A stretch of DNA of 44,959 bases from Trypethelium eluteriae. Its lineage: Eukaryota. Positions within the stretch are counted from its first letter, which is position 1; every line of letters begins with the position of its first letter. The notes under the pieces were generated by a model that saw only the letters and a program-made list of their open reading frames with translations, was not told where the DNA came from and ran no database searches. The stretch spans positions 1 through 44,959 of the forward strand of contig JAVECL010000140.1 of the NCBI GenBank assembly GCA_051942245.1, given 5' to 3'. The position numbers and the translations under genes are program-made. Positions 11,136 through 22,915 of this stretch are shown piece after piece.

Positions 11136-12783
11136 ATGTCTGCCGGGCACAACGATCCACGCTTGCTTTACTCAATTGCTGGCATCAAAGGCTATCACCT
11201 CCAAAATGGAGAGAAACAAGATCTAACTCCTTCCGGCCCTCAGACCCTCTCCCTTCTCATGGTCCCTACCTCCTCGCCATTCGCAGATCTCTCGAGTACT
11301 ATACCACAGAATGAAATACCGGAAGAGGATTTTTATCTTCATCTCAATCTCCCTCCCGAACTCGACCTCTCTCTGCCAGCAACAACCCAGATCTACCACC
11401 AGCCTCCGCGCTCTTACCTGATTCCCCGTTGGGATCTTGGCCCCGATAGTGGTGCCTTCACCCAAATTGAGTTCCCCAAGCTTGGTACTGGCCCTGGGAG
11501 TGCCACTCAAGAGGACGTAGACACATTCGAAACCATCCTCGCACAGTGCACATCCTTCCTTGAGCGCGCACGCCCGCCTACACCGAGTAAAGGACTCCAA
11601 CCTTACGACCCTTCTAAATTTAAACCAGGGGAGGCATACGCCCCTGGCAATAGTCAACACAGTGCGGGACAAATCGTACTCGTCGACGAGGAAAATGGCA
11701 GTGTCATGGGCGAGCTCGCTGATGCCGCCACCATTGTCGAAGACCCCCAACTCAAACACGGCTCCAAGAGTACGCCAGACCCCTCCCCATCCCCTCCTCA
11801 CCCCAAAATTCCCAGGACTGATCCACTAACACGTCCTTCCCCAACCTCCAGACCCCGTCGAGATCGAAGTCTCCCCCGATGGCCACCGCATCTCCGTCCG
11901 GCCCGTCTCCGAAGACTACCTCCGCATGGCGCAACACCCGGCCTACCGCTCCTCCTCGCTCGTCCAAAACGCCGCCTCCGCCTCGCGGCTCATCGTAACC
12001 GGCTCGTCGCGTCTCTCGAACCTGCTCACCTCCTCCGCCGACTCCTTCACGCAGAAGACGAAGCCCATCGACAAGCCGATGGAGTTCTCGCCCGCGACCC
12101 ACGCACGCGTCAGGAAGCTCAACAACTTCACGCAGGGCGCTGCGGGCGTCAGCGCGAAGACGCTGGGCCAGGTGACGAAGTACACGCAGAATTTTGCGGC
12201 GAAGATGGCGGGCCATGAGGCGAAGGGGAAGGGGGCGAGTAAGGATGGGACGCCGGGAGAAGGGCGAAAGCCAGGGTTCATGAATAAGAGCATGATTGCC
12301 TTTTCCACGATTGCGGATGGCATCGCGTATTCCGGCAAGAATCTGCTCACGTCGTCTGGGAATGCGGCGTCGACGGTGGTCGGGCATCGATATGGGGAGG
12401 AGGCGGGAAGCCTGGCCGCGGATTTGGCGGGTGGTGTGAGGAACGTGGGGTTGGTGTATATTGATGTGACGGGAGTCTCGAGGCGAGCGGTGATTAAGTC
12501 CGTGGCGAAGGGGATGGTAGTGGGACACGTGAAGGGTGGCGGCGAGATCGTAGTGGGTGGAGGAGATGGTGGGGTTGTGCCAGAGCAAGATATCAAACGA
12601 GTAACAGGGGGAGTCAAAAACGACAATATGGGTACAGGACAAGGGGGAAGCTCTGCGGCGCCTGGAGGAGGCGTCATTGGGTTTGGTAACGCTGCGCCGC
12701 CTTCCTACAGCAGCAGCGGGCTCGGCGAGCCGATGGGTACGCATCTACAAGGTCAGCAGACTGATGAGAAACGATGGAGATGA
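11136..12783 (+). CDS. Senescence/spartin-associated domain protein, ~521 aa, 2 exons
   Basis: Exons 11136-11769 and 11852-12783 (intron gtacgc..actaac..ccag) join the two listed ORFs in frame. The C-terminus NKSMIAFSTIADGI..STVVGHRYGEEAG..NVGLVYIDVTGVSRRAVIKSVAKG is typical of this family. Confidence 0.8.
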
Positions 12784-13472
12784 TCCAGGGGTTTGGTCAA
12801 TGTTCTGTATGAGGTATAATGTTGGCTTGGTGGCCGGTTCGTCTTGGAACGGATTGTACAGTCTCGAGCATTCGCAGCTTCCTACATTTGATGGGTACTG
12901 AGCGCTCAAGTTGAGGATTGGTCTTAATTGCCGGCTCAAATGTCCTTTCTCTTAGCTGGTTTTCTCGGTGAACAAATAGAGAAGCGGCTGTCTAGGCTAT
13001 TTCTTTTCAAGTGAGACGATGATCAAGGACATTGCCACCCGTAAGTAGCACATCGCACAAGCGATAAATATGGCAAGTAAATTGCCTAAGCCGGAAACAT
13101 TCACCCCCGTGTAGGACCGCGAACTATCAGAATTCAAGATAACCTGGGCGAGGTTTTAGTGTCATTCATTATTCTGATGCATTCAAGGTTTGCCAGGGTC
13201 ATTAATGCCTCCAGCTGTGATTTGGTAAGTCGCCTCTTGCTCTGGCATACTTGCATTTTCGCGTGGATTGACAACTGCATCAGATTTATAGACTTTCGCT
13301 GACCTGGACAGTGTTGCATCTATGCCACACGTTCTTCTCCATGTCCTTTTCGGAGCAATATCCAGGTCTCGGAAGCAAGGGCTGGAATGTAGCCTCCACC
13401 AAGTGACCAAGTTTCGGACTATCTGCACCAGCGAAAAGAGCACGTACACCTGGACTACTTCGGATTTAGTTA

Positions 13473-13653
13473 CCTTACGGCGGCTGGGGGGTTCCTCAAC
13501 TGGTAATTAATACAATGTTACCTCAGTTTAGCTGTTATGACCATGTTGGCCCATGTTAAGGCGGTGTTAACATGGACCAACAAGGTCATAACAGTTGAGT
13601 CGAAATAACATTGTATTAATTACCAGTTGAGGAACCCCCCAGCCGCCGTAAGG
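13473..13653. mobile_element. 181-bp fold-back MITE, copy 1, TA target-site duplication
   Basis: Perfect 48-bp terminal inverted repeat (ccttacggcggctggggggttcctcaactggtaattaatacaatgtta). An imperfect inner palindrome closes on a 7-nt loop. Flanked by TA at 13471-13472 and 13654-13655. A second copy lies at 41340-41520 with unrelated flanks. Confidence 0.88.
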
Positions 13654-16035
13654 TAGTTTAGAATGCAGTCCGGTGATACTGCTAGTTCGCACTCTGCCGT
13701 GAAGCCAACTATGAGCGCGGTAACGCTGAGCTCTGAATTGTGCCTCTCCATTAGCCTCGGAGATAACGGTGGAGACATGCTTATAAAACCAATCCTCTGT
13801 CATATGAGTAAGCTTGGTCAGTAATTGACCAAGTCTTTCGTTGGCGTTTGGCGACTTCTCCGGAGCTTTGAAAACCCATTCGAAAGCAAGCCGCGGAGCC
13901 GTCGATAATCAAGAGCCGATGTTCATTGCCGGAAGAGGACATAAACAGCGTGTTCGATAGCTTATGCTGATGCTATCCATCTGAGTCAGCGGCTTCTAGC
14001 AATGGCAGTGTCCAATGAACAGACCTCGCTATTCAGCACACAAGCGTAGCAATCTTTCTAAAGACAAAGATCAACTCCAAAGCAATCGGCAACCTGGGTG
14101 CTCCTGGTTGGACATCGATCCAGAGGCCACTACATTCCACTAATTGTAGCGTACCCTTCAGGAAGAAATGTGCTTTCGGCATCTGTCAATCTGTAAGGAG
14201 GAACGCCGCTTTACCAATGATGCATAGATTCAAGCTCATACAGAGCTCAGCGACCATTGCGTCTGCACCTCCAACCTCCTAGGTACGTCAGTAGCGGAAA
14301 AGGGCAGCAGACTGAAGATTGACGAACCTTTGGGACTTGGGCAATGATGGACATAACATGAGAGACTTCGGTCTTTCCACTCTGTACGGGGCCGTGTGGG
14401 GCTTTTGGGGGCTGTCGTAAGTACAATTCTACTAAATGAATTCGCCATGAACCTGCGCCCGAGTATAAGATGGAACTTTAGATAGACATTTCGTTCATGG
14501 GCTTGCCTCGCTGATGCTCCCCGTCTGAAAGCCACTGCCGTCAGTTGGCCTGCCTTTTGCACGCCGCCATACTGGAAGCAAAAGCGTACCTGCTCAGAAC
14601 TGAGTCGAATTATTTGCTCCTAGTGAGGAATTGAATGCATCTTTTCCGCTGCTGACTAAGCTCCATGGCCGCTATAGGTACATGTAATAGGCTGGCATTT
14701 CGGAGTAGACTTCTTGATATTTTCAACCTTGACTCTGCTGAACCCCTTGATTTTTAGTAGGATGCGGCGAATGGCAATGTGTACAGACTGTAACGCGAGG
14801 CCACAGAAGCAGCCAATCAGCAAGCTTGAGCATTGGGTGACGTGTAAATGGCTCATCAGAAAAGCCAAGCTGAATACCATTTACCGCGATCTTGTAGTAG
14901 CCACTTGCATTCAGCTTACTTGTGTCCATTGCTCCAATACCCGTAGAAGGCCAATCAATATTTCGGATCCTGCACGCTAATGACAGGTAAGTGCTTCACC
15001 ATAAGCTTGTATTGTATCAATGTCGACAATAAACCCTTCTGTGAATGCGGATCTTCATCAGGTCAATATACTACCCGGGGCTTCTGGCAGTCCTTACATC
15101 ATCGCATCCTCCCTATCCACAGAAGCAGGCATGAGAGTTGCATCACCAGAATGTTAGTAGTTTGGGACAGACGATAGATCCTTGATTGCGATAGTTGAGA
15201 GACCACGAAACGACCACGAGTCTGAGGATCAAGACGTGTCGAGATGAGTGGAATGGCGAATCCGGGGATTGAAGCACTGAAGGAAGAAGCGATACCGACG
15301 CATAGAACCCAGGCACGTGGTTGCCTGATCTTCGCGCAAGAGCATTGTGCTGCGACATGAGGATCTCGAATCGTGCCTAAACAAGTAAAATGGGGATAGA
15401 AGGCAATGACAGGGCTGAAAAGGCAAGGAAATCAGGTAATGTTTCCGAAGCCCATGGACTCATTCGCAATAGATATGAAAACAGCTACCAGTCTTTTTGT
15501 CCATTAATCGACTAAACAGTCTCGCACACGATTACTTCCACGATTCTCACAAAAGTGCCTCATCCGCTGCTCTTGCCACCACCCACCATCACCGTCAACT
15601 GCGACAGACGTTCAATTTCCCTTTCTCTCCTCGTCGAGGTCCCTCTCCATTGGCCGGTATCCAAGTTCCCCCGTAGCCAAAGACTCTTCGCTCGACAAGA
15701 CCCGAACGAGGTCGTGTAATTACCAAAAAAGGTGTTTCTGTGTGTATGGTATGGTGTGTAAAATGCTCCAAATGCCCAGCGATGGATGTCGTGAAAAATG
15801 GCGTGGTCGTAAACGTTAAAAGGAGGATATCTCAAACGCCGGAGTAAGTTTGCAGGTCTAAAACGACCAGTGAGCGTAGGGTGATGCTAGCAAACAAACG
15901 CGACAAATTATTAGCACACAGAAAAGCAAAGACGCGCAAATCCAATGAGAAGTCCGGTGGAGTGGTGGAGTGCTGAAGTATGTTGCCGTGACATCGCTAC
16001 ACTCCGAAGGTGCCAACGGCTTTACTTGCGTTCAT

Positions 16036-16965
16036 CTATGCCACAACCGGAGCGGCAGGTTGCGCCACGGCAGCAGGGGCAGCTGGCGCACTCTCGCCGT
16101 TGACCTCAGCCTGAGGGCAGTCCCGAGAAATGTGGCCGGCTTCACCACAACGGTAACACGTCTTACCAGCCTGGTTCAAGGGCCCGCCGTTGGGCGCAGT
16201 ACAGTCACGCGAAATGTGGCCGAGTTTTCCACACGCGTAGCATTTCATCGCTTGAGCCTGACAATCGCGCGCATAGTGATTGGGTCCGCCGCACTTGTAG
16301 CATGTCGCTGCACGAGGTCCGGTATATCCTCCACGGAACCCTCCACCATAGCCTCCTCGCATGGACGGAACTCCGCGCCCTGCGCCAGGGTTGGGGCAGG
16401 CGCGCTTGGAATGGGTTAGTGACATTTCGGAGAGCAGTACCAGGGTTTGCAGATGGCTTACTGCGAGATGGCCAATTTGACCGCAAGAGTAGCAACGACC
16501 ACTGGTGCCAGCACCGCTGAGTCTCAACGTTGGGCAGTCTGCTTGAACGTGGCCGAGTCCCTGGCAGTGATAGCACTGCTTTGCTGTACAATGGTCAGCG
16601 CATGACAAATGTGAAGCGCTCTTGGGCTGTTCTTACTCTCCGTAGTGCGGGGGTGCGGGCAGCCATTAGATTCGTGTCCTGCTGGGTTGTCAGCGAAAAG
16701 CTCCACATAGTTTTCGCGGACGATTCTGTGGCACCTGGTTGTTTGCCTGGAAAAAAAAGAAAAAAAATTTGGGTCAGTGACGATTTCCAAACCAACGGAT
16801 TGAGAAGGTTTCCCACAATTGTAGCAAAGTCTTTCAGACGATGAGCACACCTCTGTCAACTTCCTCAGCAACAGCGCGCATCCCCCAGCGCTATCAGAAA
16901 TCCCTACCAGCATAGTGGCCTACATTGCCGCATTTGTAGCAGGCGCGGCGGGAAAGCGACGACAT
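16036..16965 (-). CDS. gis2: CNBP/Gis2/Byr3-like CCHC zinc-knuckle nucleic acid-binding protein, ~212 aa, 6 exons
   Basis: Exons 16965-16908, 16852-16817, 16746-16735, 16678-16637, 16583-16462 and 16404-16036 join in frame (639 nt). Seven CX2CX4HX4C knuckles and an RGG-rich linker. Confidence 0.92.
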
Positions 16966-17841
16966 GTTTTTGTGTAACCGTGTATTCCTACGCAGGTTAG
17001 CCCTGGTGTTTTTTTTTTTCCTGTGGCCGCACTTATAGGTAGGACCAATCGAATGATGGTGGAAATGCGGGGATTCGGGAGTGTGACAGGTGCAAGCGAA
17101 ATTTTCTTCAGAGGCGAACCTTTTGACCAACCTGGAGTTGAGTTCCTTCTCCTGCAGACGCTCAGTTAGCCAGGAGGTCGCGATGCGTCAAAAGTGGCGT
17201 ATGAGCTCGAAGAGGTACGTACACCAGCTTCCCTCAGCGACGTCAACGCAGCTCAACCGTCCCTCCGATGCCCTTCGGCCGTGGCGACAGCAAACCGGAA
17301 AATACTTGTGGCGTTGTCGGTGATGAGATATCGATGTCCTGGAGGGGAAGGGGAGAAGAAAAAGGAAGGGGACGGGTTTGCCGAACGTGGGGAGCGAAAA
17401 GCAGAGTCCGAGTGTCGCTATCCGCGGTTGCAAGGTCAGGCCTGCTCACTGCAAGGGCCACTCGACTCCTTGAGCCAAGTCTTGTCACCTGCAGCGAAAA
17501 TTGTGCCGCCGTCGGGGGCGTGCCATTTGTCGACCTGGCCGCCGCTAGCAGTGGCGTCAGGCCGTCCTAGCCTCGCATCTCCAAGCAATCATGAGACGAC
17601 CGGACTGACGATCTTTGTGCCCTAACCCGCCGAGTACTGGTATCTGCATGCGGGCGCCACCATGAGACTTCCTGGGTAACCAGTCTATGTGGCTATTTCA
17701 ATTATCTGGGTGAATATGTACTCCGTATCTATAGTTTATCATTGCTTCTGACAGCGAAGCAGCCTCAGAGCAGTCCTTTTCGTCCCTCGACCATGATGAT
17801 CATGATCAGCCAGTACCCTCTAGCCCGACCCCTGACTGCCT

Positions 17842-19519
17842 TCATTCCTTTTCCTTCTCAATCACCGCTGGCGCTTTGATCGTCTGGCCATTCAGGAACT
17901 CAAGTCCCTCGCCAGCCTATTACGGCATTAGTCACATTCATCCCTGAATGGTGAGAAGGTACTTACGTAGCTGATCAGAGGAGAAACCTCAACGCCGTCT
18001 TCCTCGCCCTCGCTGGTAACCGTCGCGCCGGCGGCTTGCAGCCATTTCTTGCCTTGTTGCAGGATATCGCGCTTGGATGTGTCTGGATCATCCTCGCCGG
18101 TACCTCGAGCGTTTTTCAGGGGTGAGAACTCATCCTCTCGCTTGACCTCCATGCACGCGAACTTGTCCATCTCGAGGAATGGGAAGCAGTCGAAAACAAA
18201 CTGCTCCATTTTGATACCATTGGGCTTGTCTGGCTTGTGGAACTCTCCGCTTTCAATATCCGTGTACGGAATCTTCTTCCGGGCCACATGATGGGGCAGC
18301 TTGTGTGCCCATTGGGGAATACTCTCCAGGAATCGGAATGAATAATAGTGGTTCACGATATTCGCGGCTCGGAATTTTAAAAGACTCGAGTCCTTCTCGT
18401 CCTTTGCCTCCGCCATCTTTGGATCGATTTCCGAGTACTCCACTACATCTGGTCGTCCGTTTCTCTGCATGATGAGACCGACTGACTCTTTAGCATTGCG
18501 TTTGCGGACGACTTTCGTAGCAATATCCACGTCTTTTGACGCACTGAAGCCGATGAAGGTTGGATCGGCAACCTTGACTAAGCAGTTGTCGACGCAGTAG
18601 GCATGCACGTGTTGGATGCCGCGTTTGCTCATATCGTGGACAACCGAGGAAGTGATGAGAGCTTGATAGAGGCCACCGTTGCCATCAGGTGCGACTGCAA
18701 CCTACGTACATCTCTAATCAGGAGATCACATTTTGACATTGAAGCCATTGGTTGAACGAAAATGCTTACCTTGCCTTTTGACTCCATTATAATCTTTTGA
18801 TCATTGCTGATACAGGGGAGCGTGCCCTGTTCGAAGATTATGACGTTCTCCTTCTTCAGGCCAAAAAAGCCGTTTTCCTCAAAGAACTGCTCCGTAGGTT
18901 CCCTCGTTGGGCCGCTAGTCATGACATACCACGGCACGATGACGTCCGCCTCCTCTCCCTTCTTTCCTGCATGCTTTGCTGCTAGAGCTTGTGTGCTTAG
19001 AATTCTCTCTGCTTGGAGCTGAAATAAGCTCTTGTGGCTCGGAAGACCAATATCGAAGCAGCCTTTGGGTGCAGAACTTCCCAATCGCGTGCCTTGTCCT
19101 CCAGCCATCAACACCACCCCTACTTTTTTTTGGGCAATTAGATTGAGGCCAGAATTGTACCAACTAGTCAGATCATCCTCCTTTGAGTCGATGACGGACG
19201 ATGTGGCAGAGTCTGGAAGAGGATCGAGCTTGTCTGCACCCTCGTGGGAGGGAGGTGGGCTGAGGGCCCGCTTGGTGATTTCATTGATGTGCTTTGGATC
19301 AATCGAACTGAGCTGTTGGAAGAGGATTCCCTTGTCTGCCGAGCTAAGAGTATCCCAGAAGGTGAAGACGTGCGATTGATCGGCAGAATCATATTTGGAT
19401 TGCAGGTCTTTCAGTTCGTCGGCGGTTGGCTCTTTGGCAGGTGGGGCGGTGCTGGAGGTGGGGCTTAGATGCAGCTTCTCGAGCAGATTGTTCACGGTAT
19501 CCTTCACAGTGGAAGACAT
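17842..19519 (-). CDS. UAP1: UDP-N-acetylglucosamine pyrophosphorylase, ~519 aa, 3 exons
   Basis: Exons 19519-18770, 18701-17967 and 17916-17842. Motifs: [62 protein letters not shown]. Confidence 0.96.
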
Positions 19520-20482
19520 ATTGAGATCGCTATGGTGAGATGACAATCAATTGGAAGGTGGGAGGGATGGTGTTTGGAGAACTGGGTTGGTGGAAGTGTT
19601 TCTTTGTTGATGGGTTAACTACAGAATGTGTGCATTTCTAGAGCTAGGTCCAAGCCCATTTCGTCACCGCTAATTCTCATGCAGGGTTCAGCCAGCCATT
19701 CACACTCGCTCCCATGGAACACCGTTGACTTGTGTTCACGCTGAACGCATTGAAAAGGGCATGACCATCGAAAAGGAGGTGTGCTCCCCCTCATGGATTG
19801 TTACATCCTGCTCTGCAAGCAGGTTGGCTCGAGCATCCAACCGATCACTGAGACCCACTCCGTGAAAAGATCCGACGACCCACAAATTTAGTCATTTATC
19901 TTCATGCGGCCCCCGGAAGGCTTGAAAAGCCAAGACGTCCCGTCCCAAAACGCATCGAAGGGAGAATTGAAGCAGACGCGGTCCAGTCATGAGCGAACTG
20001 GGAGTAGAGACCAGTATTTGAGAAACGTTACTAGAAATGGAGAGTCCACGCTAAGTTATCGCTCAAATGCATGACAGCACACGCCCGCCAACAGCCGCAT
20101 GTGCATGTACAGAAGACTAGGCTGGCGATTGAGAAAAAGGTTCCGTAGCCCGATCGTGAATGAGATAACTCGAAAAACGCCTCTATGAGTCTCCAGTCAT
20201 TCCGTGGCATTCCGTCCTTGAAAATACGTTGCTCCTTCCATTAGGCACTCCTGACCGCAGAGCTTCCCGTAAAGCAAAGCTCAAATGAACATAACTTTTG
20301 CCAAATTCCCGCAATTTCCGTTGGGTATAAGATGATAGCGCGTCCGTACTTAAATGCAGTTCAGAAATCCAGTTTGGGAAATACCGGGAACAGAGAATAT
20401 GCAGATAGGAAAGCTAACGGCGGTCAGAGGCTCCATGAAAGGGAAAACCATGTGAAACAGGTATCCGCAAACGTCGTCTTGG

Positions 20483-21881
20483 CTACTGGACAGGCCTCCT
20501 TGCGGTCCAGATATGTCTGTCATAGTGTAAGCGTATGTGTGAGGGTTATGAAGTGGAGTGCAGCCATGATCATCAGCCTGAGGAGTATGACATACATATT
20601 GTTATAGCCATGCTGCTTCTTGGACACTATTTGTCTCCTGGCATCCTCCACTATTCTTGCAACAGAAGGTACCGGCCACTGGAAAACCCGCGTGAAAGGT
20701 GCCAAACTTAAGGCCTCGAGCCCTTCCGTCAGTCCCAAATTGTACCATCGTCCAATCTCTTTCTGATGCGGGTCGGCTGGCCACGAGTTGTATGGAGCCC
20801 TTATGACCGTCTCATTGATATCGATGAAACCAGCTGCCTGAAGCATTTGTCGGGTGTTGTGTTGATATTCAATGGGCCTGGAAATGCGAGCCGTGGCATC
20901 CTTTAAACAGTCATACCACTGCTTCAATGGACCATCCAACAGCGTGCCATCATCACAGCGGGGTTGCAAATCGATTTCGACTTGTTCCATATACCCATCT
21001 CCAGGCTTGAGATGTCTAACAAATTAAGCATTGGCTCGGTGAAAGCGAGACAGAAGGCGACTTACAAGAAGATTTTCTGATAAAGTTCTGGCCAACTTGA
21101 GACGCTACCACAGGCCATGCGAACGTGTATCAGATCCCATGAATCCTGTCCCATTGCCCAATGACCCTCGTAATCGAAATTGATGCGGAAGCGTAGGTTC
21201 GGTGGTATTCTGGTGGAACTGTGGATTAGCATATTTTAGCAGAAGGATCCTACGGCGGCAAGCTACTCACTTGTTCGGCTGTATATTGGCTAGATCCAAC
21301 CCCACAACCTGCAAAACGTTAGATTGTGCCAAAACAGATAGCTGGAAGGACGATTTCAGACCTCTGCGTGTTGGTATTTGCTGCACAGAAATTAGCTATC
21401 AGCATTCATAAAGTTTGTTGCTGATAGGGTGCCCAGCAACGTGGGGGGTCAAAAGTGACTTACTCGGCCATATCGATTGCCCAGATACCGGTGCCGCAGC
21501 CCAAGTCAAGTATACGCGGTGTAGTTCTGGTCACAATCGGTGCCAAATGCAGCGAATCTCTTCGGGCGACAAGGAAGAGTTTGTGGTAGATGTCCATGCG
21601 ATCCATCTCTGCCTGTTGGACAGGACGATATTGTGAGCCACTGGGGTCATTGTTGTATAACATCGTACACACCGAAAGCGGCTTACCTCGTCACAGGGGT
21701 AGATGTACATGCCTCTTCTGAAGGCGTGGTAGAGGCGGCCGTTTTCGCTGTAGGAGTCCTGTCCGTTCAGTGACATGACTGCCACCGGTGCGCTTTTAGA
21801 AGAGGATGTGGTCAGCAGATGGCTTCAGAGGGCAACGGATAGAAGCATAATGACATACCCGCTCGAAGTCATGGTAACCAT
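20483..21881 (-). CDS. laeA: LaeA/Lae1 SAM-dependent methyltransferase-domain regulator of secondary metabolism and development, ~310 aa, 8 exons
   Basis: Exons 21881-21859, 21792-21687, 21612-21464, 21380-21362, 21308-21271, 21209-21066, 21015-20596 and 20516-20483 join in frame (933 nt). Motifs [77 protein letters not shown] and [11 protein letters not shown] match LaeA proper as I recall it. The start could instead be the ATG at 21872. Confidence 0.85.
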
Positions 21882-22879
21882 TGGGGCGATGGCAGGCACC
21901 GAGGACCGTGGGCGAGTCGACGGTGGACAGTAACGAAGAAGGAGGTGGGCGCAGTGCGGAGGTCACGCTAATTGACGAATGGAGGCAGCAGCGGTAGTGC
22001 ATGGAATATTCAGATTCGATACCGGCCGGTTGGTAACGGCGAAGTGACTTGGCAGAGACGATGCGAAGACTCGCATTGCTGGGGGCCTGCAACCCTTTTA
22101 TTGCGGTGCAAGCGTGACAAGAGTACCTTTGAGAGCCCACTTTACCGCAACCCAAGCCAAGGTCGCACCGAGTGAAGGCAAAGGTACGACGGCGTGGTCG
22201 AGGGCGGCGCCGGCGTAGCCGGGATAGTCCCCAGCGGCAGGCCAGGGTCGTGGACCTGGGACGGTGGATCGAGCACACGTAGGAGGAGGACTCGCAACCC
22301 TGGTGGTGACACGGGCACGAGCGGCGCGATTACGCTGGGCTGCGCGGCGGCCAGGAGGCGAGCAGCAAAAACGTGGAAGCGTGGAAGCAAAAAAGCAGAG
22401 CAGCATCCGCATCAGCATGTCCATCGCTGGAATCGCATCCGAGTCTCTGCCCGGCCAGCGGCGCCGATCAGGCTGAGGGCGCGCTGGGTTGCGATGCGCT
22501 GGTGCTGCTGATGCTTGGGTGCTGCTTGGGTGCTGCAACGGAACCGTGGCTCGCCGCGACTTCTCTCTCCGCATCCTCGTTGGGTTTGGGCGCGCGCACG
22601 ACGACCGAGGACGACGGCGGGCCATCTGCGCCAGTCCATCATGGCCCCGCCGATTAGGCATGGTGCTGTCCCAACCCGCTGGACGAGCGGCCGGGGGGTG
22701 CGGGAGCGACCAGGCCTGAATCCGTTTGATGGGTTTGGTGGGTAAAGATTTGGCGGGCCATTTCCATGATTCCATCCATGCCAGCAGCCCACCAGCCTCA
22801 CCACGGTGACTACGTGACTAGTCGACGACAGAGCACTTGCACTGTGGTGCTGTGACTGCCTCCGCCCTCCCCTGAGCAT

Positions 22880-22915
22880 CAGCGCACCAGCGCACCAGCG
22901 CACCAGCGCACCAGC
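22880..22915. repeat. Short tandem repeat (cagcgcac)n, ~4.5 copies
   Basis: cagcgcaccagcgcaccagcgcaccagcgcaccagc read directly from the sequence. Confidence 0.9.

Noticed and set aside
11752..12744. 330-aa and 244-aa antisense ORFs over the spartin-domain gene
   Set aside because: Shadow ORFs caused by GC-rich codon usage on the opposite strand.
13473..13653. CRISPR array, tRNA or rho-independent terminator interpretation of the hairpin
   Set aside because: The context is eukaryotic, with no repeat-spacer pattern and no cloverleaf. The dispersed second copy with TA flanks fits a MITE.
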